Made by a program: the position numbers and the translations under genes
In this document: one piece after another, positions 1 through 12,734 of the stretch
How positions within the stretch are numbered: the stretch's first letter is position 1
Layout: each line of letters starts with the position of its first letter
Notes under the pieces: model-generated
What the model was told of the DNA's origin: nothing
The model's database searches: none
What the model saw: only the letters and a program-made list of their open reading frames with translations
NCBI GenBank assembly: GCA_951406725.2
Contig: OX597821.1
Span: 94,364,001-94,428,000 of the forward strand
Reading direction: 5' to 3'
DNA length: 64,000 bases
Source of the DNA: Octopus vulgaris
Taxonomy: Eukaryota

Positions 1-396
1 GAACCATCGGTTGTAAGCAAACTGCTCTTAACAAATACCTTTCTCTCAACACGTTAAAGATTATGTAAAACAAAATCGCTGTCTAGGAATAGACATTCTT
101 CCTCGTATTAGATACCACAGAAAAGCATTTGTTGGAGAATTCAGCATTGAAAGAAATGAAATATGGCGAGAACTAGACATTTCTATAATTCTGGAATAAA
201 TATGTATTTCGTATTTCCTGTAACATTTAGTGATGGAGTTCTTAAAAAAGTACATCCGGTAACTTTATCATCGTGAGGTATGTCTGATGTAATTCAACTC
301 GGTGAAAACTCAATCACTCTGAATGTAGCTGATGCTGGTACTTTGGTTGATTTTCCTGTACTTGTTTGGTCATAGATCAGTTCTGATCTCGTAGAC

Positions 397-678
397 CAGT
401 GGTTCCCTAAATGGGTGGCACTGCTCCACTTGGGGATAGTGGAAAGATGAAGGCGGGAGGGGTGGCATTTAAGAAAAGTGGAACAATAATAGGGTGACAA
501 AAAGGAATGCAAAAATAACAAAATAATAGATTAATTAGGTTAAGTTTTATTCGTGAAATACAGCTGTTTTGAATTTTGTTGCAGACAGTGGTCTGTTTGT
601 GGTGGTGATGGTGGTAGTCGTGGCTAGGAATGTCGCCTGGGTGCCAAGGGGGTGGCAACCCGAAAAGGTTTGGGAACC
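397..678. mobile_element. hAT-type MITE (CAGTGGTTCCC termini)
   Basis: Left end CAGTGGTTCCCTAA at 397. Right end TTTGGGAACCA at about 669-679. Flanking 8-mers tcgtagac (389-396) and acgtagac (691-698) look like an 8-bp TSD. Confidence 0.65.
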
Positions 679-1009
679 ATATGGTCTACGACGTAGACCA
701 TATAATCAAAGGTGTTCAAATCGTGACCTTCTAGTTTTTTTCCCCAGTTTAAATGCTTCCAGGACTACATTAACCAATGCCACCTTGTTTAAGACAATAG
801 GGTAGGACTTGTGTAAGACTTGGCAGTTATTTCTAGATCTTGTGAATTCCTAATTGTTATTGTTTAGTCACAGACCAACTCTGGTTAAGCAAACTTATGA
901 CCAAAAGTGCTCTTGCCGTGACCATCCCTATTTATTTCAGCCATAGTATGAATAGGATACGTTGTCCAATACTTATTTTTTAATATGGTACAGCATATCT
1001 TGAGCATTG

Positions 1010-1200
1010 GATTGGCAAAACCGTTAGCGCATCAAAAAGAAACAAACACGCTCTGCACTATTTGTTCCGGCTCTTTACGTTCTGAGTTTAAGTCCCACCG
1101 TGGCCAACATTGTCATTCGTACTTCCGGGGTCAATAAGATAAAATATCAGTCAAGCACTGGGATCGATGGTATCAACTTACCCCCCTCTCTGAAACTGTT
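1010..1200 (+). mobile_element. Diverged SINE family B copy
   Basis: Degenerate match to the family B consensus seen intact at 40782-41015 (ggcaaaaccgttagc...ttctgagttt...ggggtcaataagataaaatatcag). Confidence 0.6.
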
Positions 1201-1614
1201 ACTCTTGAGCCTGAATCACAAATCAAAAGATTCGGTGGTGGTGGGGTGGTTGGGAACACACGCGATTATTCATATTAATATTACTTCTAGCAAGTTGAGA
1301 AATCACGTACGCGTTCTTTCTATGGTATAACAGCGATGGTGATTCCGAGGTAATGTTGATTAGATTAATGTTGATATGGCTGTTAATTAAAGTCGGATGA
1401 CATCGCGTCCACCGTTGTCTCAAACTGTTTAGCTTATAGACTATAAAATATTTCAAAAGAATTACGAAGATTGAAAATGAAATGGCTACATGGGAAATTG
1501 AAACTGTGTTACAAAATTCAGGTATCTTGCCTCTAGCATTGTGTACCGTGAAATAGTTACACATCACTACAAGTAGTAAGTGTTCGTATAATTCTTTCTG
1601 ATCTTTCTAAAATA

Positions 1615-1810
1615 AGCACAAAGCCTGGAATTTGGTGGAAGGAGGTTAGTCGATAACATCAATTCCAGTACTGGACTGACACTTATTTTATCGATCCGAA
1701 AAAGATGAATGGCAAAGTCGGCCTTGGCAGAATTTGAATTCAGAACGTAACGTTCTAAAGGTAAGCATTTTATCCAGTGTGCTAACGATTATGCAATCTG
1801 TTCACCCTGA
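1615..1810 (-). mobile_element. Diverged SINE family B copy
   Basis: Contains ggcaaagtcggccttggcagaatttgaattcagaacgtaa, the reverse complement of the family B core. Confidence 0.7.
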
Positions 1811-2440
1811 ATGTTTGAATAATTAAGGAATGTTCCTTTATCCTTGCAATTTCCGATTTTAAATCCCCTCTGGCGTTAAATTTAGACAGAGATTAGTAAT
1901 ATTTTACTAATTTATCCTAGAAGCGCTACTCAAAAACCGACATTTCAATCAGTGCTCAAATCTAGGTTACTCAATACAAATAATTTTAAGCATGTCCTAC
2001 GTGCAAGCTGTTGAACAAAACAAAATAAATCAATATATGTTGGCATTAATAGTATTTTGAACCATATTGTTGTGTATTGGGTCAGCACATTATTTATTTC
2101 AATCGACGAACTATTAAGGACGCCTCTTCGTGTTGATCGACCACTTAGACATAATATCCTATTTTGTGCGCTTAATCCGGCATTTTTACGATGTATTCCA
2201 AATTTTTTGGTACGCACCCCCAATTACATCTTAAATTAAGAAATAATATAATAGCTAAATTATTAGTTCAAATATTCTACATAGGCGTAGGAGTGGCTGT
2301 ATGGTAATCTAGGATCAGATTAGCCAAGTGTCTTCTAAAATACTCGGCTGTAATTTAAAGAAATTTTGTTGTTATCGTTGTCTGGTAAGGTCTTCCTCGT
2401 ATTTTAAGTTGGTTCATGTGGCTGATGCTACTGGTACGTT

Positions 2441-2765
2441 TGTCTGTCTGTCTGTCTGTCTGTCTGTATGTATGTATGTATAATATATTTCTTTACTTTT
2501 TAATATATATTTCTTTACAAATGTATGTGTAATAGAAAGAATATATACCTCTGTGTGTGTGTGTATGTGTGTGTGTGTGGTGTGTGTATGTATGTATGTA
2601 TGTATGTATGTATGTATGTATGTATGTATGTACGTATGTATGTATGTATGTATGTATGTATGTATGTATAATATATTTCTTTACTTTTTAATATATATTT
2701 CTTTACAAATGTATGTATAATAGAAAGAATATATACCTGTGTGTGTGTGTGTGTGTATGTGTGTA

Positions 2766-2809
<44 letters not shown>

Positions 2810-2810
2810 C
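2441..2810. repeat. Compound microsatellite (TCTG/TATG/TG) with a duplicated ~70-bp AT-rich block
   Basis: tataatatatttctttactttttaat...gaatatatacct occurs at about 2478-2550 and 2666-2738, between simple repeats. Confidence 0.85.
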
Positions 2811-2949
2811 GTATGGATGCAAGAAGTCACAAATAGGTGCATTAAAGCATATTTAGATTATTCGCAAATTTTTTTTAATATCGACTTAATTGCTTCCAAC
2901 AATACGCGGCTTCCTACGTGTGTATGTGAATGTGTGTGAGTGCGAGTGT

Positions 2950-2999
<50 letters not shown>

Positions 3000-3224
3000 A
3001 GAAAGGAAAACTGAAATTGGTGTATTGTCTGAGCTTACATTCAAAATATGGAAATAAATGCATATATACGGCATAGTTTCGTATATTACATGTGTATATT
3101 ATGCCAGTATGTTGCAGAAAATATTAATTAAACTCTGAAATACTTGTATGTTGGCTATTGTCATTAGTGCGTGAGTATATAATGCATGTATATGTCACTT
3201 CGTGTGATATCCATCAATTTCATT

Positions 3225-3530
3225 CGTCGCCATTTTCAAGCGTAACCAGGCTCATGGGCCCGGTTTCCCGGTTTCTTTTGCGTATGTGTCCCCCAACCCA
3301 GCTGGACGGGACGCCAGTCCATCGCAGCGTTACTCAAGAAACAGGAAGAGAGAGCGAGAGGAAGTTGTGGCGAAAGATTACAACAGGGGTCGCCACCACC
3401 CCCTGCCGGAGCCTCGTGGAACTTTTAGGTGTTTTCGCTCAATAAACACACACGCCCGGTCTGGGAATCGAAACCGCGATCCTTCGACCGCGAGTCCGCT
3501 GCCCTAACCACTGGGCCATTGCGCCTCCAC
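3225..3530 (-). mobile_element. tRNA-derived SINE family C (V-domain-like core)
   Basis: Minus strand starts GTGGAGGCGCAATGGCCCAGTGGTTAGGGC with a B-box-like GTTTCGATTCC. The core GCGATGGACTGGCGTCCCGTCCAG resembles the V-SINE domain. Related copies at 50752 and 60421. Confidence 0.85.
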
Positions 3531-3756
3531 ATGTCCACCAATGGAGTGCATAAAATAGGGTAGATACACACAGAAAGGCTGGTGCACTCCCTTATTATGG
3601 ACATGGTACTAAGGTACGTTCTGTATTCATCCCTCGGCTTCATATCTATTACTTGTAATTGAAACTGAATAATAGAATGACATATTCCACAATTCAGAGC
3701 AAAATATTCGAATGCCATGTCGATTTATGTCGGAAACCTGTTAACTGAACCAGGAA

Positions 3757-3877
<121 letters not shown>

Positions 3878-4365
3878 AACAAGCTACGGTAATGTTTAAG
3901 TCAAGCTAATAAAGAGATTTCTCAACGAAAATCTCGCATAAGATGTATATGTCAGAGATGATTATGTCTTGTAAGCTAGTTGATATCTTACCGTGCTTCT
4001 TTAAGGAATTTTAGGATTAAATTATATTTGGTATAAGATACGCATAAAAATAATAGTTCTTGCTTCTTTTTTTTTCATTTTCTTCTGTTCCCCTTTTTTT
4101 TTATTATTACTTTCTTTTATTATCTATCAATCTGTCATTTTTGTTTGTTTTTGTTTTTGTCTTTCTCGTTTACAATTTCTTGCCTCCACCACTGCCACCA
4201 CCACCGCCACCACCACCACCACCACCACCAATCTCTTCTTCATTCTCTTCTCCCTTGTTACCTTTAAATTACTTAATGCCTCTACACTTTGTGTTTATAT
4301 ATATATAAATGGCGGTGCCCCAGCATGGCCACAGCTCGTGAGCTGAAACTAGAATCAATCAATCA

Positions 4366-4399
<34 letters not shown>

Positions 4400-4670
4400 A
4401 CATACACAGAGAAACAAATGGGTGTAACTCGCCATGACATACATACTAAGACATACATACACACACAATCAAACAGTCACACGCACAAACAAACACACAG
4501 ACACAGACACACACACACACATACACACACACATGTTTTTAGTTTAGATATATGCGTAGATTTTTTAGCATATGCATACATTTTTAGCATAGATATATGC
4601 ATACATTTTGGCACATTTCTCTTTTTATGTTAACAAAATTCATATGTATATGTTGTGTGTGTGTGTGTGT

Positions 4671-4706
<36 letters not shown>

Positions 4707-4891
4707 ATTATACATACAGACATACATACAAACATACATAAATACGTATATTTTTATGGAAGAAATCAATATTTATCATGATAGTTGAGTCTTTCATTGC
4801 TTTGTTGATGTGTGTGAGGGTATGCGTATGTATGTGTGCATGCATGTATGTAATGCATGTATGTATGTATATGTGCATGTATACATGCATT

Positions 4892-4928
<37 letters not shown>

Positions 4929-5724
4929 CTACGCTTATAATACATAGTGCAAGAGTGAAGTGTGTGAACAATTTTACTTGTTGGTTCTCAGTTGAAGAGA
5001 ACTGGTGATTTCTCTTCGGCTTCCTTCTCTGTACACTTTAAGTGGTTTAAAGAAACACTCTGCTTTCAGATTTTTTTAATGCTACTTATTAATGGGTTCA
5101 TTGTGTAAAATAGGCTGCGACGTGGCGGAGTCGGATCGAATACGCGCGTACACACACACACACCCACCCACCCACACACACACACACACACACATGTAGA
5201 GACACAGAGAAACACATATACACAGAAACACGTACACACAAGCACCTGCTAGTAACACTTGCAATATCAGGATTAATAAAATAAAATATAATTTCGCCTA
5301 TACAGTAATCACTCACCATATCGCGGTTCACTAATCACGCCCTCACTACATCGCGGACTTTTCATGCTAACATATGTAAATTTATATCGCGTACTCCGCA
5401 GTATATTGCGGGTTTCTACTGCCGATAGGTATTTATATTTTCTTAGATTTTAGTTATTTCTGTGATAAAATAAGCATTTTCACGCTTTAAAAAATTATAA
5501 ATTGATAAATAAAAATACAATTCAGTACTGCACTGTATAACACATTAATTAAAATATATTAAAAGAAAACACGTAGTGTACCGTAGATGAGTAAACAAAG
5601 AATCGCACATACTGTAGGCAAAACGAAACTCGGGAGGCAAAAAAAGAGAAGACACGGGTACTCCTAAGAGTGTGTGGGGGAGTTTATAAAAGCTCAAATA
5701 TATAAAAATAATAAAATAAACACA

Positions 5725-6680
5725 TACATAATTTGATAACTTAGGTTTCGGCCAGTATGGGCCCTGCTCATGTCTAACTCAATAACACCACCCGGTGAGG
5801 TCTTATAATCATATACTAGCATTATTACCCGGCATCTCCGGGTCTTACTGCTAGTGCATGCATATACAGCTGCGTGCGTGCACACATACACGCGAGTACT
5901 GTCCAAATCTCCGACCAATCACATACAGCTAGCTGGCATTCAATTGGCGTATCAAGTTTCGGGCATTTTGATTGGGTTTTGGAGAGAAAATTCACAAAAA
6001 AGTCACTTCTATTGATTTTTTAATGGCTTTGCGGGGTGGTTGAGGAAATGTAAAGATGTGCACGACCACCCTTGGACGGTTTTGAATGACCATAGAAAGT
6101 GTGAGCCCTCTAACTTAAAAAGTGTGGATTTGTATAAAGGACACACACACAGACAGACATTTTGCCGTTTATATATATAGAGATGGGGCACCATAGCCCG
6201 GTCTAACAAAGAGTTATTATTGTTGGAGACGTATCCGGGTGTAGGAGGTTGATCCGGTATTTTTTTGAAGAAATTTGTCCAGTAAACATTTGAATTTTAT
6301 GGGATCCGTTTCGTTTTGACGTATTTTGGTATGGTATTAAAGAGAGCTGGACCGGTTGAGGTATAGTAATTGTGACGTAATGTTGCCATGTGTACCGAGT
6401 TCGATTTTTGTAGTGGGCGGATAGCACGGGGGCCAAGTCTTGGATGGATTTTAAAATTAATGCCAACATCATTTGTGCAATATTGATGGAATATTTTCCG
6501 CATAACCCAAATGATGTAGCGCTCCCGGTGGGATTGGAGAGAGTAAAGATTGAACTTCTTTAGTCGACCACAATAATCAATGCCTCTCATGCCGCCTATC
6601 TTTCTTGTTATGGACCTCTGGAGTGCTTCTACTCTCATAAGGAGTTGTTTCGTATGGGGTGGGGGGACCACACTAGGCAA
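5725..6680 (-). mobile_element. 5'-truncated CR1-group LINE (RT C-terminus and 3' UTR), split by a Helitron
   Basis: ORF 6297-6680 (VEALQRSITRKIGGMRGIDYCGRLKKFNLYSLQSHRERY) matches the motif downstream of CR1-type RTs. The presumed 3' UTR continues at 5725-5815. Confidence 0.75.
5816..6183 (-). mobile_element. Non-autonomous Helitron
   Basis: Minus strand reads A|TCTCTATATATATAAAC...GACCCGGAGATGCCGGGTAATAATGCTAG|T. This gives a 5' TC, a subterminal hairpin, a 3' CTAG and insertion between A and T. Confidence 0.75.
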
Positions 6681-7181
6681 CAGTACTCAAGGTGGGGAAT
6701 GCAAAAATATGCGGTATTGTTTCTACTTCGCGGATTTTCATCTATCGCAGGGTTTTTTGGAACGTAACATCGATTCCTCTGTGGTGTTATTTTACATTTG
6801 TAATAAATTAAATATATACAAATTATAAAAATAATAAAAAAGTATACAGTACAGTTCTGTTTCTACTTCGCGGATTTTCTACTATCTTTTGGGAAAGTAA
6901 CACCCGCGATAATCGAGGGATTATTGTATTACTAAACCTGAAATCGTCGATTTGGAGCTAACCGCTCATTTTTTGCTAATTTCTTTGTTCATTTATCTTT
7001 TCACCTGTGCAGTATGAATGCATAACGTGGTTCTAGAGTCATTTTGACTGCTATTGCTGACAAGGTGGTGCTTCTTCCGTGCCCTTAATTATAATTATTA
7101 CCTATACGGTTTTTCCATGCTGGCCATTCGATATTATCGTTATTCTAAATAATGGTCTGACTTATATATATATACATATAA

Positions 7182-7230
<49 letters not shown>

Positions 7231-7252
7231 TCGCTAAGATAAATATTTCAAT

Positions 7253-7321
7253 TACCTGAAGATTGACTGTAACCATAACTCGAATTATTAAGAATTGGAC
7301 AGCCATGAAACGATCGTAGTG
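7253..7321 (+). ncRNA. Type-I hammerhead ribozyme-like motif in a short cassette between (TA)n tracts
   Basis: tac-CTGAAGA-ttgactgt...acagccat-GAAAC-GATC-GTA-gtg. Both core boxes are present, stem II is imperfect and loop III is palindromic. Confidence 0.6.
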
Positions 7322-7454
7322 TTACTTATTATCTTTTATTAAACTTTTAATACTTTTGATATATATTTAAAATAATATAAATTAATTAATTTTATGTAAT
7401 GGCTTAAGTTTTTCATTGTTTGATTTGCCCAATAGTGGTTTTATCTCTAATTTA

Positions 7455-7511
<57 letters not shown>

Positions 7512-7516
<5 letters not shown>

Positions 7517-7712
7517 ATCCCCTAAAAAGAAAAAGAAACGCAAGGAGAGAAAAGCAACAACGCGAGGACGTGGTAAATGCAATGTATTAACAGGCGCTCA
7601 GGGAAGGAAAGAAAGTTAGCTCCTCTTCAGAAACAGGAGACAGAGGAAAGTCCAAGAGAAAAGGAAGACGGGAAAAATTCACCAGCAATCCATTTGTAGT
7701 TACATTTTGAAA
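7512..7712 (-). mobile_element. Penelope-type terminal repeat-derived cassette, hammerhead region deleted
   Basis: Homologous to 21857-22064 (caacaacgcgaggacgtgg...cgctcagg...cacattttgaaat) and starts directly at a (TA)n tract. Confidence 0.6.
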
Positions 7713-7896
7713 TGATGGGAAGGGAATGGATGAAGAAAAAAAGTTCTTTCTAAGACAGGAGAGTGTAAGAGAAGGAGGTATATGTGAGTATGTGTGGGTA
7801 TGTGCGCGCGCGTGTAATAGCATGTGTGTGTGTGTGGTTTTAATCGTTTATAAGTGTATGCGTGAGTGAACTTCGTGTCTGTTAATGTTGTAGATA

Positions 7897-7945
<49 letters not shown>

Positions 7946-7948
<3 letters not shown>

Positions 7949-8130
7949 AGAGTTTACGAAAAAACAAGACGAAGACAGGTGGTGTACAAAACAAACAGAT
8001 GTATTAGTATAACGCTCAGGAATAGAAAAAGTCTTTTACGTTTCGAGCCTACGCTCTTCTACAGAAAGGGACACAAAAAAAAACAAGGAGAGAAACAAGG
8101 AGAGAAAAAAAATGTGTGTAGTGGCTAACG
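7946..8130 (-). mobile_element. Penelope-type terminal repeat-derived cassette with a hammerhead-like motif (8032-8069)
   Basis: Reverse-complement homolog of 45188-45350. Minus strand reads ccttt-CTGTAGA-A-GAGC-GTAG-GCTC-GAAAC-GTA-aaaga. Flanked by (TA)n. Confidence 0.65.
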
Positions 8131-8380
8131 ATATATATACACAACTAGCTTCTTTCAGTTTCCGCCTACTAAATCCACTCACAAGACTTTGGTCGACCCG
8201 AGGGTATAGTAGAAGTCACTTACTCAGGGTACCACGCAGTGGGATTGAACTCAGAATTATGTAGTTGTGTAGCAAACGTTTTACAACACGACCACGTTCT
8301 GCGCCTATGTGGGTGATAAACACGAGCAAAATAGTAGGTTTTAAATCTATTGCTAAAATTTTAGCGTAAATCAAATATTA

Positions 8381-8557
8381 GGCGTAGGAGTGGCTGTGTG
8401 GTAAGTAGCTTGTTTACCAAGCACATGGTTCCGGGTTCAGTCCCACTGCGTGGCACCTTGGGCAAGTGTCTTCTTCTATAGCCTCGGGCCGACCAAAGCC
8501 TTGTGAGTGGATTTGGTAAACGGAAACTGAAAGAAGCCTGTCGTATATATGTATATA

Positions 8558-8592
<35 letters not shown>

Positions 8593-8815
8593 GCGTGTGT
8601 GTGTTTGTGTGTCTGTGTTTGTCCCCCCAACATCCCTTGACAACCGATGCTGGTGTGTTTGCGTCCCTTGTAACTTAGCGGTTCGGCAAAAGAGACCTAA
8701 AGAATAAGTACTAGGCTTACAAAGAATAAGCCCTGGGATCGATTTGCTCGACTAAAGGCGGTGCTCCAGCATGGCCGCAGTCAAATGACTGAAACAAGTA
8801 AAAGGAAAGGAAAAG
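8381..8815 (+). mobile_element. tRNA-derived SINE family A (internal TA/TG microsatellite)
   Basis: Head GGCGTAGGAGTGGCTGTGTGGTAAG...GGTTCAGTCCC with A/B-box-like motifs, tail ...CAAATGACTGAAACAAGTAAAA. Many near-identical copies in the window. Confidence 0.9.
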
Positions 8816-8907
8816 GATTAGACATAAAAAACTCACATTTTTACATCGTAAATAAGTGCATAACTTACTTTATAATTAAATTAACAATTAATTAAATTTG
8901 CTAGGGG

Positions 8908-9495
8908 ATTATTAACTCCGCCAAGGAAGGAGATTATGTTTTCATCGGCGTTGGTTTGTCCGCCTTCCCGTCTGTGTGCAAAATAACTAAAAAAAACTTG
9001 TGAACGGTATTTGTTGAAACTTGCAGGAAAAGTTGGTAATGATACAAGGAACAAATGATGAAATTTTGGTAGTGATCTGGGAATTTTTATGGATTCTTGA
9101 AGGATTTTTCATTTGTTATATTTACTTTACATGAAGTATTACAATGTTACGTTCTTTGATTATCTCCCTTGAAAACACGTTCATCGTTTCCACATAACCT
9201 ATGGTGGCGTTGCTGTTTCCAAAGTTTATTTTCGTTTCTCAATTAGTAATTTTACTCGCGTATCTATCTCAAAATGAGCTGCTTGGCGGAGGTCTGCAGA
9301 ACTTGCTGTTGTCATTGATATATTATAACTGCTTCAGATGATCCCTGTATTATTTTTTAAATTTTTACCCCCGCCAAGGAAGTTATGTTTTTGCCGGCGT
9401 TGCTTTGGGAAATTGGGCGATTTTCAGCATGCGTGTATATGGATGGAAATGAGCTGCTTGGCGGAGGTCTGCGCTCTCCGAGTGCTTTTCTAGTT
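8908..9495 (+). mobile_element. Two tandem Helentron-associated non-autonomous elements (HINE-like)
   Basis: Subterminal inverted repeats CTCCGCCAAG...CTTGGCGGAG occur in both copies (8908-9298, 9364-9495). The second copy ends with hairpin GCGCTCTCCGAGTGC and TTTTCTAGTT. Confidence 0.7.
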
Positions 9496-9763
9496 TTATA
9501 AACATTTCTCTATAGTATACTAATTACTACAATGACAACAAACAGTTAGTAAAGGCTATACTTCAATTGGTGATAGCCAAGGACGAGAAAATGTTCGGAA
9601 TTGTCTCCTTTGTTCATCCCAACAATAATATTTGCTAACCGCTAATATTTTTTTAATCACCACATGAAACTCTGATGTGATTATTTATGAAGTTGAAAAC
9701 ACCAGAAATAGAGCCATTTCGTTTTATGAAAGGCACCAATTTGAATCAGAAATGTTTTACATA

Positions 9764-9954
9764 CTCTTTACTCTTTTACTTGTTTCAGTCGTTTGACTGT
9801 GGCCATGCTGGAGCACCGCCTTTAGTCGAGCAAATCGACCTCAGGACTTATTCTTTGTAAGCCTACTACTTATTCTATCGGTCTCTTTTGCCGAACCTCT
9901 GGTTGTCAAGCGATGTTCGGGGGACAAACACAAACACATACACACACACATACA

Positions 9955-9986
<32 letters not shown>

Positions 9987-9992
9987 CATATA

Positions 9993-10025
<33 letters not shown>

Positions 10026-10188
10026 GACGGGCTTTTTTCAGTTTCTGTCTACCAAATCCACTCACAAGGCTTTGGTCGGCCCGAGGCTATAGTAGAAGAC
10101 ACTTGCCCAAGGTTCCACGCAGTGGGACTGAACCCGGAACTATGTGGCTGGTAAGCAAGTTACTTACCACACAGCCACTACTACGCCT
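9764..10188 (-). mobile_element. SINE family A
   Basis: Reverse complement of the 8381-8815 family, with an internal deletion. Confidence 0.9.
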
Positions 10189-10198
10189 ATAATAATGA

Positions 10199-10232
<34 letters not shown>

Positions 10233-10784
10233 GGTGGTGGTACAGAGGGAGAATGATGATGATTTTAATCATTTTTTTTTAGACTTTTGCACAGAGAGAA
10301 ATTCTATGACAGAATATATCAATAAAAAAATAAGACCGTATGTGTGGCTGTCTACAGCAGTGTATTTATATGTATATATATGCACTTGTGTAGTTGTATA
10401 TGTCTGCGTATGGCTTATATGTATATGCAACCGTGTAATTCGTTTGTATTTAACTGTTTATCAGGACCTCTGGGAAATAGACAGACAGACCGACCGACAG
10501 TCCGACAGGCAGACCAGACCAGACAATGTTACAGTATTGAAATCTTTCAGTATTGGACCCTTTGAAGTGTCACGTTGTTACTGTCTCACCTGTGACATCA
10601 GGGTCAAAATAACTTAGAGGATAAAATTAGATGATGTGCGCTTAGTTTGATTTGAAGTTCAGTCTACAGTATCGTCGCGCTACGTGTTGGGTATACACAT
10701 AGACAAACGTACACACATATGTACACATACACATACATACACATACACACATTCACTCACATATCCTTACGAATGTTTGTATCT

Positions 10785-10944
10785 ATGTATGTATGTATGT
10801 ATGTATGTATGTATGTATGTATGTATGTATGTATGTATGTATGTATGTATGTATGTATGTATGTATGTATGTATGTATGAATGTATGTATGTATGTATGT
10901 ACGTATGTATGAATGTATGTATGTATGAATGTATGTATGTATGA

Positions 10945-10977
<33 letters not shown>

Positions 10978-11183
10978 TGCATGTATGTATGCATGTATGT
11001 AAGTATGTATGAATGTATGTATGTATGAATGTATGTATGTATGTATGTATGTATGTATGTATGTATGTATGTATGTATGTATGTATGTATGTATGTATGT
11101 ATGTATGAACGTATGAATGTATGTATGTATGTATGTATGTATGTTTGTATGTATGTATGTATGTATGTATGAATGTATGTATG

Positions 11184-11214
<31 letters not shown>

Positions 11215-11230
11215 GTATGTAGGTATGTAT
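10785..11230. repeat. (TATG)n microsatellite, about 450 bp
   Basis: Direct reading; scattered AATG variants. Confidence 0.95.
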
Positions 11231-11497
11231 GTATCTTTCTACGTATGTATACTTGTATATATATATATGTGTGTATTTAGGTATGTATGTCGGTAATAAT
11301 GTATATACATATCTGTGTAAGTATGTATCTATGTTTCTTTGAATGCCTGATGTATGTATGTACCTATGCATGTATGTATGATGTATATTTGTTTCTATGT
11401 ACGTATATGCGTAGGTATCTTTGTATGCACATAGGTTTCTACGTGTCTATGTATTTATGCGTATACAAGTATGTATGCGTGAATGTGTGTGAGTGTG

Positions 11498-11568
<71 letters not shown>

Positions 11569-11681
11569 GTGTAAAGTGTAAGTTCAGAAACTTTTAAGTT
11601 ATAGATTGTGAAACTGCTTGACTATATATCAGTATTTGGTTGCCTGTCAGGTTTTTCTCAATCTCAATGTGTTTCCTCATT

Positions 11682-12076
<395 letters not shown>

Positions 12077-12734
12077 TTGTCTGTCTGTCCGTCCGTCTGT
12101 TTGTCAGTTTCTCTATCCACATCACTCAGTTTTCTCACTATGCCCATATATATATATATATATATATACATATATACATATATACACATATGTGTGTGTA
12201 TCATATAAATGCATGTGTGTGTACGTATGAAGGCATACATGGACGTACGTCTTTACACAGATGTGTAACTACTATATTATTGTAAGTATCCGAACGACAA
12301 AAAAAAAAATGAAATTACAATGATAAAAGCGCCCCCTGTCGTCTTCTCGGTGTTTTATCTTTTCCTTTCGCATCACTTGGAAAGGTTAATAACTTGTTTT
12401 TATCTCGGTTTTCATTTTTGTCTCACTCTGACACTTCTCTAATTTATCTGTTGTTAAGATCTTTCACGACCCTAATTACACTTCATTCTCCACCTTATAT
12501 CATTTGAAAACCCGTCCTACAACTGTCCTCTCAAGAGATGGCGTGACAGACTGTACTATGTACTGAAATTATTTCGGAATATTGCAATCCCATCTTTAAC
12601 CCTTTTCATACCAACTTGCCTCAGACCGTCATTGGTTGGTTCTATAGACTAAACTTCTTGTTTTTAAGTGATCTAAATCTAAAATCTACATCAAAATTTT
12701 GTGTTAAATTATGTCCAAACACCAGCTTAGTAAT

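Larger units (their letters stand above)
5303..6926. mobile_element. Non-autonomous pogo/Tigger-like DNA transposon carrying nested insertions
   Basis: TA|CAGTAATCACTC..ATATCGCGG at the left and CCGCGATAATCGAGGGATTATTG|TA at the right form imperfect TIRs with TA flanks. Confidence 0.65.

Noticed and set aside
1920-2230. Possible Tc1/mariner terminal remnant
   Set aside because: Too degenerate; no matching second TIR or clear transposase motif.
8361-8633. Recurrent small ORFs (e.g. ASFSFRLPNPLTR..., MRNWYL...RPRKDERQS) suggesting a gene family
   Set aside because: They recur because they are read from multicopy SINEs.
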